Positions 38,632 to 49,210 of a stretch of DNA of 64,000 nucleotides are shown here, piece by piece; position 1 is the first letter of the stretch, and each line of letters begins with the position of its first letter. Below the pieces are notes generated by a model that saw nothing but the letters and a program-made list of their open reading frames with translations, had not been told where the DNA came from and did not search any database. The stretch is from an uncultured bacterium. Lineage in GTDB: Bacteria > Krumholzibacteriota > Krumholzibacteriia > JACNKJ01. The stretch lies in NCBI GenBank assembly GCA_963695095.1, contig CAVOFT010000001.1, positions 2,208,001 to 2,272,000 on the forward strand. Direction: 5' to 3'. A program made the translations under genes and the position numbers.

Positions 38632-40998
38632 TTAGCGCACCACGACGAGTTCGCGCAGGGCCGTCTCGCCCGGCGCTTCCAGGCGCAGCAGGTAGACGCC
38701 GCTCACGGCGCGGCTGCCGAAGCGGGTCTTGAGGTCCCAGGCCACGCCGCCCGGCTCCACCGGGCCCATCTCGCGCACGAGCTGTCCCTCGAGATTGTAG
38801 ATGCTGACCTCGGCGGCCAGCTCGAGGCCGCCGAGGCGCACCTCTTCATGACCGAGCAGCAGCCGCGCGGGATTGGGATAGAGCCAGGCCCCGGCCAGGG
38901 CAGCGCTGGTGACGGGCGGATCGGGCTGGATGACCAGGCGCGCCACGCCATAGCTGGTGGCCGCCCAGACCGTATCGCCCGCCGGATTCACGGCCACGCG
39001 GAAGACGATCGGCGAGGGCAGCGGCGCCAGCACCTCGCTGCCGTAGAGCTCCGTGCCCGCCAGTTCACGGCCGGCCTCGCTGGTCCAGCTCCTCACCGTC
39101 CAGCGCAGCAGCTCACTGCCGCCCGCGCTCTCGATGTCCAGGCGCACCCGCGAGAGGCCGAGATCCGTGGCCACCCAGACGCTGCCGTCCGGCGCGACAT
39201 CGAGGTCGTTCACCTGCAGGCCGAGCAGGCCGTCGCTGAAGCTGGTCTTCTGGCCGAGCCGAGCGCGGACACGGTAGCCCGTGGCCGTCGGCAGCACGCG
39301 AACCAGACCGCTGCTCTGCCCCACCCAGAGGCCGCCGTCCGGGCCGGCCACGACCACGAACTCGCGGGTATCGGAGAGCAGGAATCCGCTGGGGTCTTCG
39401 ATGCCGCTGCCCACGCTCCACCAGGTGTCATCGCCGCTGCTGGCGAGCGTGCCGGCATGGTCCCAGATGGACAGCCCGAGGCCGTCGCCCCGCACGAGGA
39501 GCGCCACGCGCGTCGGTCCCAGCATCGCCATGTTGTCGATCGTCAAGCCCGGCAGGCCCTCGGCCGTGCTGAAGTGCAGCCAGGCATCGGCGGCGGTGAA
39601 GACATCGATGCCGCCCTGCAGATCGCCGCCCGCGAGGTCGCGCGCGAACCAGCGATTGCCGGCCTCGTCCTCGAGCATGCGCAGGATCGCATTGCCCGTG
39701 CTGCTGATCAGCTCGCGAGTCCCGGTGGCCAGTTCGAGCCGGCCGAAGCCCCGCGCAAAGCGATTGAACCAGACCCAGCCCTGGCTGTCTTCGAGCACGT
39801 CCCGGCCGAAGCGGGGCAGGAAGTTGAAGCTCTGGAGATCGCCCGGATAGCGCGTCCATTCCCCGTTCGCGTAGGCGGCGCCGCCCATCGTGCTCATCGC
39901 CCAGAGTCGGCCCGAGGGGCCCAGCGCCATCGTGTTGAACTCGCGCCCGAGCGGGAATCCGGCCGGCGGAATGAGCGTCCAGGCAGCGCCATCGAAATGC
40001 AGGATGCCCGGACCGAGGTTGTTGGGGTCGATGGTGCCCGCGAGCCAGCAGCCGCCGTCCTCCGTGGCCAGGACGGTGTCGTAGAGCAAGCCGTTGAAGC
40101 CCACGGCGGCGCCGCTGGGCATGCCGGCCGACAGATCCGTCCAGCCGCTGCCGGGAGCGTATCGCCAGACGCGATCGTTCGCGGTATCGGGAGGCGGCGG
40201 AGAGCCCGACACCGTGAAGACGGCGATCAGCGCCGTGCCGCCGCCGTCAAGGGCGGTGACCGTGAGGGCGCCGGCGGGCAGCGGCAGCTGCGGCCAGACC
40301 TCGCCGCTGCTCAGCGCGTTGCCGTAGATGCGCCCTTCGCTGAGCACCCAGACGCTGTCGGCGGCGACGACAAGCGTCGTGATGGCCGCCGCCGGCAGGC
40401 CGGGCACGAGCTCCGGATTCTCGCCGGGGTCCATGCGATAGAGGCCGGCGGCCGTGCCGACCAGCAGGGTGTCGCCTGCGAAGGCGAGTGCGCGCACGTC
40501 GCTGTTGGCCAGGCCGTTCAGCTCGTTCCAGAGATCTTGGTGCTCGCCGTTCCGGATCAGGCCATAGCCCGCCTTGCTGCCGTACCAGAGGCCCTCGGCG
40601 GGATCGGCGACCAGGCAATGCAGGGCATCGGCGGCCAGACCCTGCGGAAAGGTCTGGAAGCGGAACCAGGGCTGGGCGGCGCCGGGCCGGTAGCGCTGCA
40701 GGCCCTCGGTCGCCGTGGCCACCCAGAGCTCGCCGTCAAGCGCCAGCAGGTCGGCAACATCGATGCCGGCCAGGCCATCGGCCGTGCTCAGGGCCGTCAA
40801 GCTGCCGCTCGCCGTGTCCAGGCGATACAACCCGCCGATGCCGCCGGCCCAGAGCAGGTCGCCGTCGAGGGCGAAGCAGCCCAGGGAGCTGGGATCGCAG
40901 AAGACGCTCCACTGTTCGACAGCAGTGGCCGCCGTCGCCCCGGCGGCCAGCAAGAGGGCCGCGACCAGGCAGCGCGCGTGGCGGATGATTGTGCTCAC
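38632..40998 (-). CDS. Secreted beta-propeller protein with T9SS-type C-terminal domain (PorZ-like)
   Basis: Signal peptide; repeated 'DGL/GL..N.V..L....LWV.T..GL' blades; YPNP...IYNLEGQLV...WD...SGVYLL terminus; 788 aa. Confidence 0.78.
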   Translation of the reverse strand: MSTIIRHARCLVAALLLAAGATAATAVEQWSVFCDPSSLGCFALDGDLLWAGGIGGLYRLDTASGSLTALSTADGLAGIDVADLLALDGELWVATATEGLQRYRPGAAQPWFRFQTFPQGLAADALHCLVADPAEGLWYGSKAGYGLIRNGEHQDLWNELNGLANSDVRALAFAGDTLLVGTAAGLYRMDPGENPELVPGLPAAAITTLVVAADSVWVLSEGRIYGNALSSGEVWPQLPLPAGALTVTALDGGGTALIAVFTVSGSPPPPDTANDRVWRYAPGSGWTDLSAGMPSGAAVGFNGLLYDTVLATEDGGCWLAGTIDPNNLGPGILHFDGAAWTLIPPAGFPLGREFNTMALGPSGRLWAMSTMGGAAYANGEWTRYPGDLQSFNFLPRFGRDVLEDSQGWVWFNRFARGFGRLELATGTRELISSTGNAILRMLEDEAGNRWFARDLAGGDLQGGIDVFTAADAWLHFSTAEGLPGLTIDNMAMLGPTRVALLVRGDGLGLSIWDHAGTLASSGDDTWWSVGSGIEDPSGFLLSDTREFVVVAGPDGGLWVGQSSGLVRVLPTATGYRVRARLGQKTSFSDGLLGLQVNDLDVAPDGSVWVATDLGLSRVRLDIESAGGSELLRWTVRSWTSEAGRELAGTELYGSEVLAPLPSPIVFRVAVNPAGDTVWAATSYGVARLVIQPDPPVTSAALAGAWLYPNPARLLLGHEEVRLGGLELAAEVSIYNLEGQLVREMGPVEPGGVAWDLKTRFGSRAVSGVYLLRLEAPGETALRELVVVR

Positions 40999-43112
40999 AG
41001 CGATCCTTTCCCGCCCGCAGGCTCCGCAGCCACAGGGCGCGCCGCATCCCGGCCCGGCGCCCAGCGCTCGAGCAGGAAGGGCGGTTGGGCGCCGCGCAGC
41101 TGGACGCCCAGCGTGTCGAGCCAGAGCTGAAGGTCAAGCCCCAGGCTCCAGTTGCGCAGATAGAACAGGTCCAGTTGCTCGGCCTCGAGGGCCGCGCGGG
41201 CGCGGCCGGACTGGCGCCAGGCGCCGGTGAGGCCGGGCCGCATCGCCGAGACGAGCGGCGAAGCGCCCGCGGCGTTCGCGGGTCTGGGCATCGGGCCCAC
41301 CATGCTCATCCCGCCCCGCAGCACGGCGGCGTAGGCCCAGGGATTCAGCAGATCGGAGACGGGGCGGCCCGCCGCGCCCTCGAGCTGCGGCCAGTGCTGA
41401 GGCCGGCCGCCGCGGAGGGCCAGCGGCAACGGGCGGCGCCGGGCGCGCCGGTTCAGGGCAAGATGCAGCAAGCCGGGAAGCAAGGTCAAGGCGAGGGCCG
41501 CGCCAGCGACGCTGATATCGGCCAGCCGCTTGAGCGCCCGCTGCAGCGGGTAGAGGCCCTCCATGCGATAGGCCACCGCGGGCAGGCCGAGAAAATCCTC
41601 CGCGCGCGCGCCACGGCCCATGATGCCGGCCAGGTCGCTGAGCAGCCGCAGGTCGATGCTCCGCGCGCGGCACCAGATGAGGGTGGTGGCCAGGTCCGGG
41701 TGCGCGCCCGCCGAGGGCGCGACGAGGATCTCCTGCACGCGCTCGGCGGCGCTCACCCGCTCGAGATCGACGAGGCTGCCCAGCGCCCCCTCGCCGTCTG
41801 TCGGATCGACGGCGATGCGCCCCACCAGCTCGAGGCCGAGTTCGGGCTGGGCCAGCAGGCGCTGGCCCAGCGCCGCCGCCTCGGCGGCGCTGCCCACGAT
41901 CACCAGGCGCCTGAGGTCGAAGGAGTAGCGCAGGAGCGCCCGGTGCAGGGCGCGCAGGCCCGCCCGCGCCAGCCAGACGAAGAGAATCGCCAGCAGCACG
42001 CTGGCCAGCACCACGGCGCGCGAGACGATGCGCTCCTTGCTGAGGAAGGTGCTGCTCATCAATGTTACACCCGCGAGTATTCCGGCGCGACTCACCGCCA
42101 GCAGCTCCTCGCTGGCCCGCTCGCGGCGGCTGGAGCGATACAGCCCCGCGAGATAGAAGGTGCCCAGCACGATGAGGAAGTAGAGAACAGCGAAGCGCTG
42201 ATAGGGTTCGGGGGAGAAGTAATCCAGACGGAAGGCGCGGCGCAGGGCGATGGCGGCCAGATAGGCAGCGCCCGCCGCCGCCGCGTCGAGGAGCAGCAGC
42301 GTGAGGAACTTGATCAGGTTGCGATAGCGCTTGAGCAGGTAGGCGGCCGGGTTCCACTTCTCCGTGTAGTGGACGAAGCTCATGACGTGGGCCAGCAGGC
42401 TGCGGCTGAAGGGGCTCCTCGCGCTCGCCCGCTTGTGCGTGTGGGTCATCACGCTGCCGGGCACGTACCAGACCTGCCAGCCGCGCGTCTGCATGCGGTA
42501 GCACCAGTCCACGTCCTCGAAGTAGAGGAAGAAGCGCGGATCCATGGGCCCCACCTCGGCCACGGCCTGGGGGCGCACCAGCATGCAGGCGCCGACCACC
42601 CAGTCGACCTGCCGGTCGGCGGCGTGGTCGAAGTCCAGCATCAGGTGGTGGCGGAGGGCGCGGCTCCTCGGCAAGAGCTTGCCCAGCGGCGTGCGCCGGA
42701 GCAACACGGTCCAGAAGGTGTAGAAGCTGCGACAGGAGTGCTGCAGGCTGCCGTCCGGATTGAGCAGCTTGGCGCCGGCGATGCCCGCCCGCGGGTGGGC
42801 GTCCATGAAGTCCACGAGGGCGTCCAGCGCGCCGGGCGCCACGGTGACATCCGGATTCAGCACGAGGACGTAGTCGCCCGTGGCCGCGGCGAGTCCCAGG
42901 TTCACCGCGCGCGCGTAACCCAGGTTGACGCTGTTCTCGATGAGCGCGAGTCCAGCCGCGGCGCGCAGCCTGGCCACGGAGTCGTCGCGGCTCGCGTTGT
43001 CCACGGCGATGAGCTCGAGCGCATGGCGGCTGCCCGCCGCGCGCAGGCTGGCCAGGCTGGCCAGGATCTCCGCGCCCGAGTTGTAGCTGACGTAGATGAC
43101 GGAGAGCTTCAC
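40995..43112 (-). CDS. GT2 glycosyltransferase fused to a WcaJ/WbaP-like membrane region, Rossmann-like domain and degenerate phosphoglycosyl transferase domain
   Basis: GT2: VDNASRD, NLGYARAVN, LNPD, FLYFEDVDW; then ~4 TMs, KRLAD, MSMVGP.P, PGLTG, DLFYLRNWSLGLDL. Confidence 0.85.
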   Translation of the reverse strand: MKLSVIYVSYNSGAEILASLASLRAAGSRHALELIAVDNASRDDSVARLRAAAGLALIENSVNLGYARAVNLGLAAATGDYVLVLNPDVTVAPGALDALVDFMDAHPRAGIAGAKLLNPDGSLQHSCRSFYTFWTVLLRRTPLGKLLPRSRALRHHLMLDFDHAADRQVDWVVGACMLVRPQAVAEVGPMDPRFFLYFEDVDWCYRMQTRGWQVWYVPGSVMTHTHKRASARSPFSRSLLAHVMSFVHYTEKWNPAAYLLKRYRNLIKFLTLLLLDAAAAGAAYLAAIALRRAFRLDYFSPEPYQRFAVLYFLIVLGTFYLAGLYRSSRRERASEELLAVSRAGILAGVTLMSSTFLSKERIVSRAVVLASVLLAILFVWLARAGLRALHRALLRYSFDLRRLVIVGSAAEAAALGQRLLAQPELGLELVGRIAVDPTDGEGALGSLVDLERVSAAERVQEILVAPSAGAHPDLATTLIWCRARSIDLRLLSDLAGIMGRGARAEDFLGLPAVAYRMEGLYPLQRALKRLADISVAGAALALTLLPGLLHLALNRRARRRPLPLALRGGRPQHWPQLEGAAGRPVSDLLNPWAYAAVLRGGMSMVGPMPRPANAAGASPLVSAMRPGLTGAWRQSGRARAALEAEQLDLFYLRNWSLGLDLQLWLDTLGVQLRGAQPPFLLERWAPGRDAARPVAAEPAGGKGSL

Positions 43113-43852
43113 GGGCGCCCTCCCGCCGGCCAGCTGCCGCCCCTGACCGGCCGCAGGCGCAGGCGCCAGACCATCCACACGGCCTCCCAGATGATGCGCC
43201 GGTTCATCTTGCTCACCCCGACGCGCCGATCCGTGAAGACGATGGGGATCTCCTTGATGCGGAAACCCCGCCGCCAGGCCTGGTAGTTCATCTCGATCTG
43301 GAAGCTGTAGCCGTCGCTGCGGATCCGCTCGAGCGGAATCGCCTCGAGCACGGCGCGGCGGAAGCACTTGAAGCCGCCGGTGGCGTCCTTGATCGGCATG
43401 CCGGTGACGATGCGCGTGTAGATGTTCGCGCCCAGGCTGAGGGCGAGCCGGCGCAGCGGCCAGTTCACGACGGTGACGCCGTCGAGGTAGCGGCTGCCCA
43501 GCACGAGGTCGGCGCCGGCGATCTCCGCCAGGAAGCGGCGCAGATCCTCCGGGTTGTGCGAGAAGTCGGCGTCCATTTCCATGACGTGCGCGATCTGCGG
43601 TCGCGCCAGTGCCCACTGGAACCCGGCGATGTAGGCGCTGCCCAGGCCCAGCTTGCCCGGGCGGCCGAGCAGGAAGACCCGGCGGTCCAGTTCCGGGTGA
43701 GCGCGCACCAGGTCCGCCGTGCCGTCGGGCGAGCTGTCGTCCACCACCAGCACCTGCAGCGAGGGATCCACGGCGAGCACGGCGCCGATCGCGGCGTCGA
43801 TGTTCTCCCGCTCGTTGTAGGTCGGGATGATGACGAGGCTCAGCGGATTCAC
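43109..43852 (-). CDS. Polyprenol-monophosphomannose synthase (Dpm1/Ppm1-like GT2)
   Basis: IPTYNEREN, DDSSPDGT, GLGSAY, MDADFSH, DATGGF, GYSFQIEM, F.DR..G.SKM. Confidence 0.92.
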   Translation of the reverse strand: MNPLSLVIIPTYNERENIDAAIGAVLAVDPSLQVLVVDDSSPDGTADLVRAHPELDRRVFLLGRPGKLGLGSAYIAGFQWALARPQIAHVMEMDADFSHNPEDLRRFLAEIAGADLVLGSRYLDGVTVVNWPLRRLALSLGANIYTRIVTGMPIKDATGGFKCFRRAVLEAIPLERIRSDGYSFQIEMNYQAWRRGFRIKEIPIVFTDRRVGVSKMNRRIIWEAVWMVWRLRLRPVRGGSWPAGGRP

Positions 43853-46382
43853 GCGGCCGCCTCCTTCACGGGCGCGGCGCGACCGCGACGCCAGGGGCGC
43901 CGTGGCCAGAGGCCGGCGGCGGCCGCAGCGATCAGGAGCAGCCAGGCCGCCCAGCGCAGGCCGCGGTAGAGGGCCAGGCGCGGCGGCAGGAAGCGGAAGC
44001 TCACGGCATGCTCGCCGGGCGACAGGGCCACGGCGCGCAGGAGGCCGTCGGCCACCAGCAGGGGGCGCCGCTCGCCGTCCACGCTCACCTGCCAGCCCGG
44101 ATAGGCGAGATCGGCGAGGACGAGCAGCGCCGGTCGCGCGAGGCGCGCGCGGCAGCCCACCGCGTCCAGGCCCCAGCTGGCGCTTAGGATCTCCCCGGGC
44201 GGGTCAGCGCCGGGACTCAGGACCAGGCCGGGATCGGCATCCACGCCGACGAGGCCCGGCTCCGCCCGTCCCGCGAAGAGCCGCTGCCGGCTGGCCGCCG
44301 GCGACTCGACGCGCAAGCGCTCGGCGAGGCGCAGGCGCGGCAGCGCTCCCTCGTTGCGATAGACGGCCTCCTCGGTGCTGCCGGCCGGCGCCGCCAGCGG
44401 GAAGCCCTGCCCCAGGCCCCCCGCCTGCGGCGTCACGATGAAGCGCACGGCCAGGCGGTCGAGAAGCTCGCCGCCCCCACCGGCAGCGCCTTGATGAGGG
44501 AATCGGCGAGGGCCGGCTTGGCGGCGTGGTAGCCGCCGAGGCTGGCGAGCCCGCGGGCCGCCGCCTCGTTGGCGGCGAAGGCGCTGCCGGGCAAGGCGTA
44601 GAAGCGCTGCCCCTCCAGGTTCTGCTCGAGGTAGGCGAGGGTGCGCGCGGGCAGGCGGCTGGCCGCGGGCGCTGCCTCGCCCCAGAGGCTGACGCCGCGG
44701 CGCGTCTCCCAGTAGTGCTCCGGGTGCAGGACGCGCCGGTCCAGCGGCAGCAGGTCCACGAGCAGCGCGAGCAGGAGCGCGCCGACGGCGGCCAGCTCGG
44801 GCAGGGTCCAGCCGGTGGGCGCGGCGACCGCTCCTGGCTCCGTCTGCCGGCGCCGCCACTCGAGCAGGGCGAGCAGGGGCAGCAGCAGGAGGCCGGCGCT
44901 CAGGGCGTCCTGGCGCAGCCAGCGCCCGCTGAGTTCCACCTGCTGGTCGATGAAGGCCGCCGCGCGACTCGGCTCGACGCGGGCGAGCTGCGCGGCGTAG
45001 CGGGCCTGCAGTCCCCCGCGCAGGGGGCCGGCCTGCAGACCGGGGCCGAGCGCCGCGCTCAGGAACAGGAGCAGCACCCCGGCGGCGACGAGCCCGCGCA
45101 GGCGCAGCAGGCTGGTCCGCTCGCGCCAGGCCAGCTCGAGCCCCCGCGCCATGAGGACGGCGACGGCGAGCTGCTGCAAGAGGAGGATCATCACCGGCAC
45201 GCGGAAGTGATCGAAGCCGGGCAGCAACTCGTAGAGCGTCCGATAGGCCAGCGGGAAGTGGCGGCCGGCGGCGACGAGCGTGCTCGCCAGGGCGAGGCCG
45301 AGGAAGAAGAGGTCGAAGGCGCGCCGCCTGCGGCGCCAGAAGAGCAGGGCCGCGGCGGCCAGGGGCAGCCAGCCCAGGTAGTTGGGGTAGTCGGTCATCG
45401 GCATGCGGCCGGCGTAGGATTCGGCGCCGTAGCCCCAGCTCGCGGGCCAGAGGAAGGTGGTCCACTCGGCCGGGGCCAGGCTCCAGGCGGTGGCGTAGTC
45501 GAAGCCGGTGCCGCCGCCCTCGGCCGCGCCGCGGATCGAGCGCGCGCTGTACTCCCAGACCGGTCCGTAGAGCGGCGCGCTCGCGAGGGCCGCGATGGCG
45601 AGCGCGGCCAGCCCGAGGCCCAGCGGCGTCAGCCCCGCCCGCCAGCCTTCGCGGCGCATGACGAGCCCCAGGCGACAGAGCGCGTAGAGCGCCAGGGTGA
45701 CGAGGGCGTAGTAGGCCACCTGGATGTGAGCGGCGAGCAGGAGGCCGGCCACTGTCGCCGCGAGCAGGGCGGCGGCGCTCAGGGCCTGGCGGCGCCCGCG
45801 AGCGTCGAGCAGGCGATCGGCGCCCAGCAGCACCCAGGGCAGCCAGGCCAGGGTCATCACCTTGCTGCCGTGGCCGTGAGCACCGATGGCGATCTGGGGC
45901 GGCAGCAGCAGGAACCAGGCCCCCGCCAGCCAGGCCAGCCAGGGGCGCACGCCGCGGGCGCGCAGGAAAAGAAAGATACCCAGGCCCAGCCAGAGGTAGT
46001 GCGCGAGCAGCCAGCTGAGGGGCGGCAGGGCGAGGAGGCGGGTGGCGCCGCGCAGGAGGGGACCGGGCGGGTAGAGATCGGGATCGTGGCCGAGGCTCGC
46101 ATAGGCCGGCATGCCGCCGAAGATGAAGGGATTCCAAAGCGCGCTGGTGCCTTCGCGCGCCAGGTAGTCGCTGAAGCCCCGCGGGGCCACGCTGTCCGGG
46201 CTGACGAAGACGCGCCCCTCGACGACCGCTTCGGGGAAGACGAGCGCGAGCAGGAGGGCGTAGAGAACGGCCGCAGCCGCCAGCCCCATCCCCCCGCGCA
46301 GATTGAGGGCCCCCGCCAGGAGGCCCCCGCTCCCCTGTGCCCCGGCCTTCGCTGCCGTCTTCGCCGCGCTGCTGGCCTTCAT
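43849..46382 (-). CDS. YfhO-family GT-C membrane protein; frameshift in the G run at 44474-44478
   Basis: LWNPFIFGGMP, HIQVAYY, FRVP; C-terminal LVLADLAYPGW.V.VDG...AVALSPGEHAV; one extra G joins the frames. Confidence 0.85.
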
Positions 46383-47290
46383 TCCTTGCTCTCCTTGCCG
46401 AGTGCGCCGAGGGCCGCGCGCAGCACGCCCGGCTCCCCGCGTCCGAGGGCCCCGACCAGGGCCCGCAGCCAGTGGAGGCCCCAGGCGGCCTGGGCCATGG
46501 GCCGTCGCCAGCGCGGCACGTGCCGCCGGATGAGCGCGGCGGCGGCCCGCCGCTGCGCGCGCAGCTTGCCCGTCGCCAGAGGCCCGCCGCTGGCGAAGCC
46601 CACGCGGTGGTAGAGCAGGCCCGCGGGCTGGTAGCGCAGGCGCCAGCCGAGGGCGCGAGCGCGGAGCGAGAGGTCCACATCCTCGCCGTAGAAGCCGAAG
46701 CGCTCGTCGAAGCCGCCCGTGGTCCGCCAGAACTCCGCCCGGCCCAGCAGACAACAGCCCGTCAGGTAGCCCGTCTCGGCCGCCTGCAGCCAGCGGCCGC
46801 TGGCCGCCTGACGGATGCCGAGATGCCGGCTCAGGGTGCTCGCGCGGCTGACCGCGCCCCCAGCGTACCATATCCGGTCGCGGCGGTCGGCGAAGTGAAT
46901 GCGCGGGCAGACCCCTCCCCGCCGCGGGTCGGCCTCGAGATCGGCCACCAGGGGATCGAGCAGGCCCGGGTCGGCCTCGATGTCGTTGTTCAGCACGCAG
47001 AAGTAGTCCAGGCCGCGCGGCGCCAGGTGGGCGAGGCCGGCATTCATGCCGCCCGCGAAGCCCAGGTTCGCGGGCAGCCGGAGCAGTTCCCACTGCGGCT
47101 CGGCGCTTGCGGCCCAGTCGGCGGAGCCGTCCTGGGAGGCGTTGTCGACGAGGAGCAGTTCCACGCGGTGTCGGCTGGCCGCGGCCGCCGCCGCGAGGGT
47201 GGCCAGGCAGGCGGGCAGCACGGCCTGGCCGTTCCAGTTGAGAACGATCAGCCCCAGCCGGCGCGCCGGCGATTCGCGCTCAGTGGTCAC
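46379..47290 (-). CDS. Glycosyltransferase family 2
   Basis: LNWNG, VDNASQDGS, NLGFAGGMN, LNND, EDVDLSLR. Confidence 0.9.
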   Translation of the reverse strand: MTTERESPARRLGLIVLNWNGQAVLPACLATLAAAAAASRHRVELLLVDNASQDGSADWAASAEPQWELLRLPANLGFAGGMNAGLAHLAPRGLDYFCVLNNDIEADPGLLDPLVADLEADPRRGGVCPRIHFADRRDRIWYAGGAVSRASTLSRHLGIRQAASGRWLQAAETGYLTGCCLLGRAEFWRTTGGFDERFGFYGEDVDLSLRARALGWRLRYQPAGLLYHRVGFASGGPLATGKLRAQRRAAAALIRRHVPRWRRPMAQAAWGLHWLRALVGALGRGEPGVLRAALGALGKESKE

Positions 47291-48242
47291 GGGCGATACG
47301 CGGGGGCCGCTCCCGGGCGATTCGCCGCCGCTCTTCCTCGCCGGCGCCGCGCAAGTGGATCATCAGTTCGCCGAGCAGGCCGAGGGAGGCGAACTGGAAA
47401 CCCAGGACGAGGAGAATGAGGCCGAGGATGAGCAGCGGGCGCACGCGCAGAGCGCCCGTCGCCAGCCAGCTGACACCGAAGTAGAGGTTGATCGCCAGGC
47501 CGATGACCAGCAGCCAGACGGCGATACGCCCGAAGAAGTGCAGCGGGGCCGCGCCCCGCCGGGAGATGAAGCTGATGGTGACCAGATCGAAGAGCCCGTT
47601 GAGGAAGCGCCTGCCCCCGTACTTGCTCTTGCCATGCCGGCGGGGCCGATGGTTGACGGCCAGCTCGCTGACGCGGAAGCCCTCCCAGGCCGCCAGCACG
47701 GGCAGATAGCGGTGCATCTCGCCGTAGAGGCGCAGGCTCTCGGTGACGGGCCGCCGGTAGGCCTTGAAGCCGCAATTGAAATCATGGAGCGGCAGCCCCG
47801 AGACGCGGCGCACGAGGGCGTTCCAGAAGCGGCTGGGCACGGTCTTCGTGAAGGGATCCCGGCGCGCGCGCTTCCAGCCGCTGACCAGGTCCGAGCCCCC
47901 ATCCGCGTCCAGCGCCGCGACGAGGCGCGGGATCTCGGCGGGATCGTCCTGCAGGTCGGCATCCATGGTGACGACGATCTCGCCCCGGCAGCGGCGGAAG
48001 CCCTCGGCGAGGGCCGCGCTCTTGCCGTAGTTGCGGCCCAGGCGCAGGATGCCCAGCTCGGCATGCTCGTCGGCGAGCCGCTCGAGCACCTGGGCGCTGT
48101 CGTCGCGGCTGCCGTCGTCGACGATGAGAATCTCGAACTCGCCCGGAGGGGCCAGCGGCGCCACCGCGGTCAGGATGCTCGCGACCAGCGCGGGCAGGCT
48201 CTCCGCCTCATTGTAGGCCGGCACCAGGACGCTGAGCCTCAC
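47280..48242 (-). CDS. ArnC/GtrB-like polyprenol-phosphate glycosyltransferase (GT2)
   Basis: PAYNEAE, DDGSRD, RNYGKSAA, MDADLQDDP, GEMHRY, two C-terminal TMs. Confidence 0.9.
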   Translation of the reverse strand: MRLSVLVPAYNEAESLPALVASILTAVAPLAPPGEFEILIVDDGSRDDSAQVLERLADEHAELGILRLGRNYGKSAALAEGFRRCRGEIVVTMDADLQDDPAEIPRLVAALDADGGSDLVSGWKRARRDPFTKTVPSRFWNALVRRVSGLPLHDFNCGFKAYRRPVTESLRLYGEMHRYLPVLAAWEGFRVSELAVNHRPRRHGKSKYGGRRFLNGLFDLVTISFISRRGAAPLHFFGRIAVWLLVIGLAINLYFGVSWLATGALRVRPLLILGLILLVLGFQFASLGLLGELMIHLRGAGEEERRRIARERPPRIARDH

Positions 48243-49210
48243 GCCCCGCCTCCCTCCTCGCGCAGCCAGGCCACCTGGGCGGCCAGCCCCTCGGCCAGCG
48301 GCACGCGGGGGGTGAAGCCCAGCTCCGCCTCGATGCGCGCGGTGGCCGCCAGGGTGTCGGGCACGTCGCCCTTCTGCTTGCTCTTGAAGTCCAGGTTGAG
48401 TGGCCTGCCCAGCGCGCGCTCCAGGATGGCCAGCGCCTCGCGCAGGGTCACGCAGCTGCCGCCCCCGGCGTTGAAGACGTAGTGCGGCCCCTCGTAGGCC
48501 GCCGCGCGCAGGTTGGCTTCCAGGATGTCGGCGATGTAGGTGAAGTCCCGCGTCTGGGCGCCGTCGCCGTAGATCCCCAGCGGCCGGCCGGCCAGGCCCG
48601 CGGTGATGAACTTCGTGAAGGCCATGTCGGGCCGCTGGCGCGGGCCGTAGACCGTGAAGTAGCGCAGGGCCACCGCGCGCAGGCCGAAGTTGAGGCGGTA
48701 GAGGTCGATGAGCTGCTCGGCGGCCAGCTTGGTGACGCCGTAGGGACTGAAGGGGCGCGGCAGGCTGGTCTCGCGCATGGGCAGGTCGGTGGCGGCTCCG
48801 TAGACCGAGCTCGAGCTGGCGTAGACCAGCTTGATATCGCGCCCGCTCGTCTTGATCGCCTCCAGGAGCTGCTGCGTCGCGGCCAGGTTGCAGTGCAGGT
48901 AGATGCCGAACTCCGCCCCCCAGCTCGCGCGCACGCCGGCCTGGGCCGCCTCGTGAAAGACGAGTTCGCAGCCGTCGAGCAGGCGAGCCAGGTCCGTGTG
49001 GACCAGATCTTCCTCGACGAAGCGGAAGCTGCGGCTCGCCAGCGCCGCCCGCAGATTGCGCCGCTTGCGGGCGGGATCGTAGTAGTCGGTGAGGCAGTCC
49101 AGGCCGACCACCTCGCGCCCCTCGGCGAGCAGGCGCTCCACGAGCTGGGAGCCGATGAAGCCCGCCGCGCCGGTGACGAGAACGCGGCCCGCGCCGCGCG
49201 CGCCGCTCAC
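48239..49210 (-). CDS. NAD-dependent nucleotide-sugar epimerase/dehydratase
   Basis: TGAAGFIG, AQAGVRAS, ASSSSVYG, YGVTK, YFTVYGPRQRPDMA. Confidence 0.93.
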   Translation of the reverse strand: MSGARGAGRVLVTGAAGFIGSQLVERLLAEGREVVGLDCLTDYYDPARKRRNLRAALASRSFRFVEEDLVHTDLARLLDGCELVFHEAAQAGVRASWGAEFGIYLHCNLAATQQLLEAIKTSGRDIKLVYASSSSVYGAATDLPMRETSLPRPFSPYGVTKLAAEQLIDLYRLNFGLRAVALRYFTVYGPRQRPDMAFTKFITAGLAGRPLGIYGDGAQTRDFTYIADILEANLRAAAYEGPHYVFNAGGGSCVTLREALAILERALGRPLNLDFKSKQKGDVPDTLAATARIEAELGFTPRVPLAEGLAAQVAWLREEGGGA

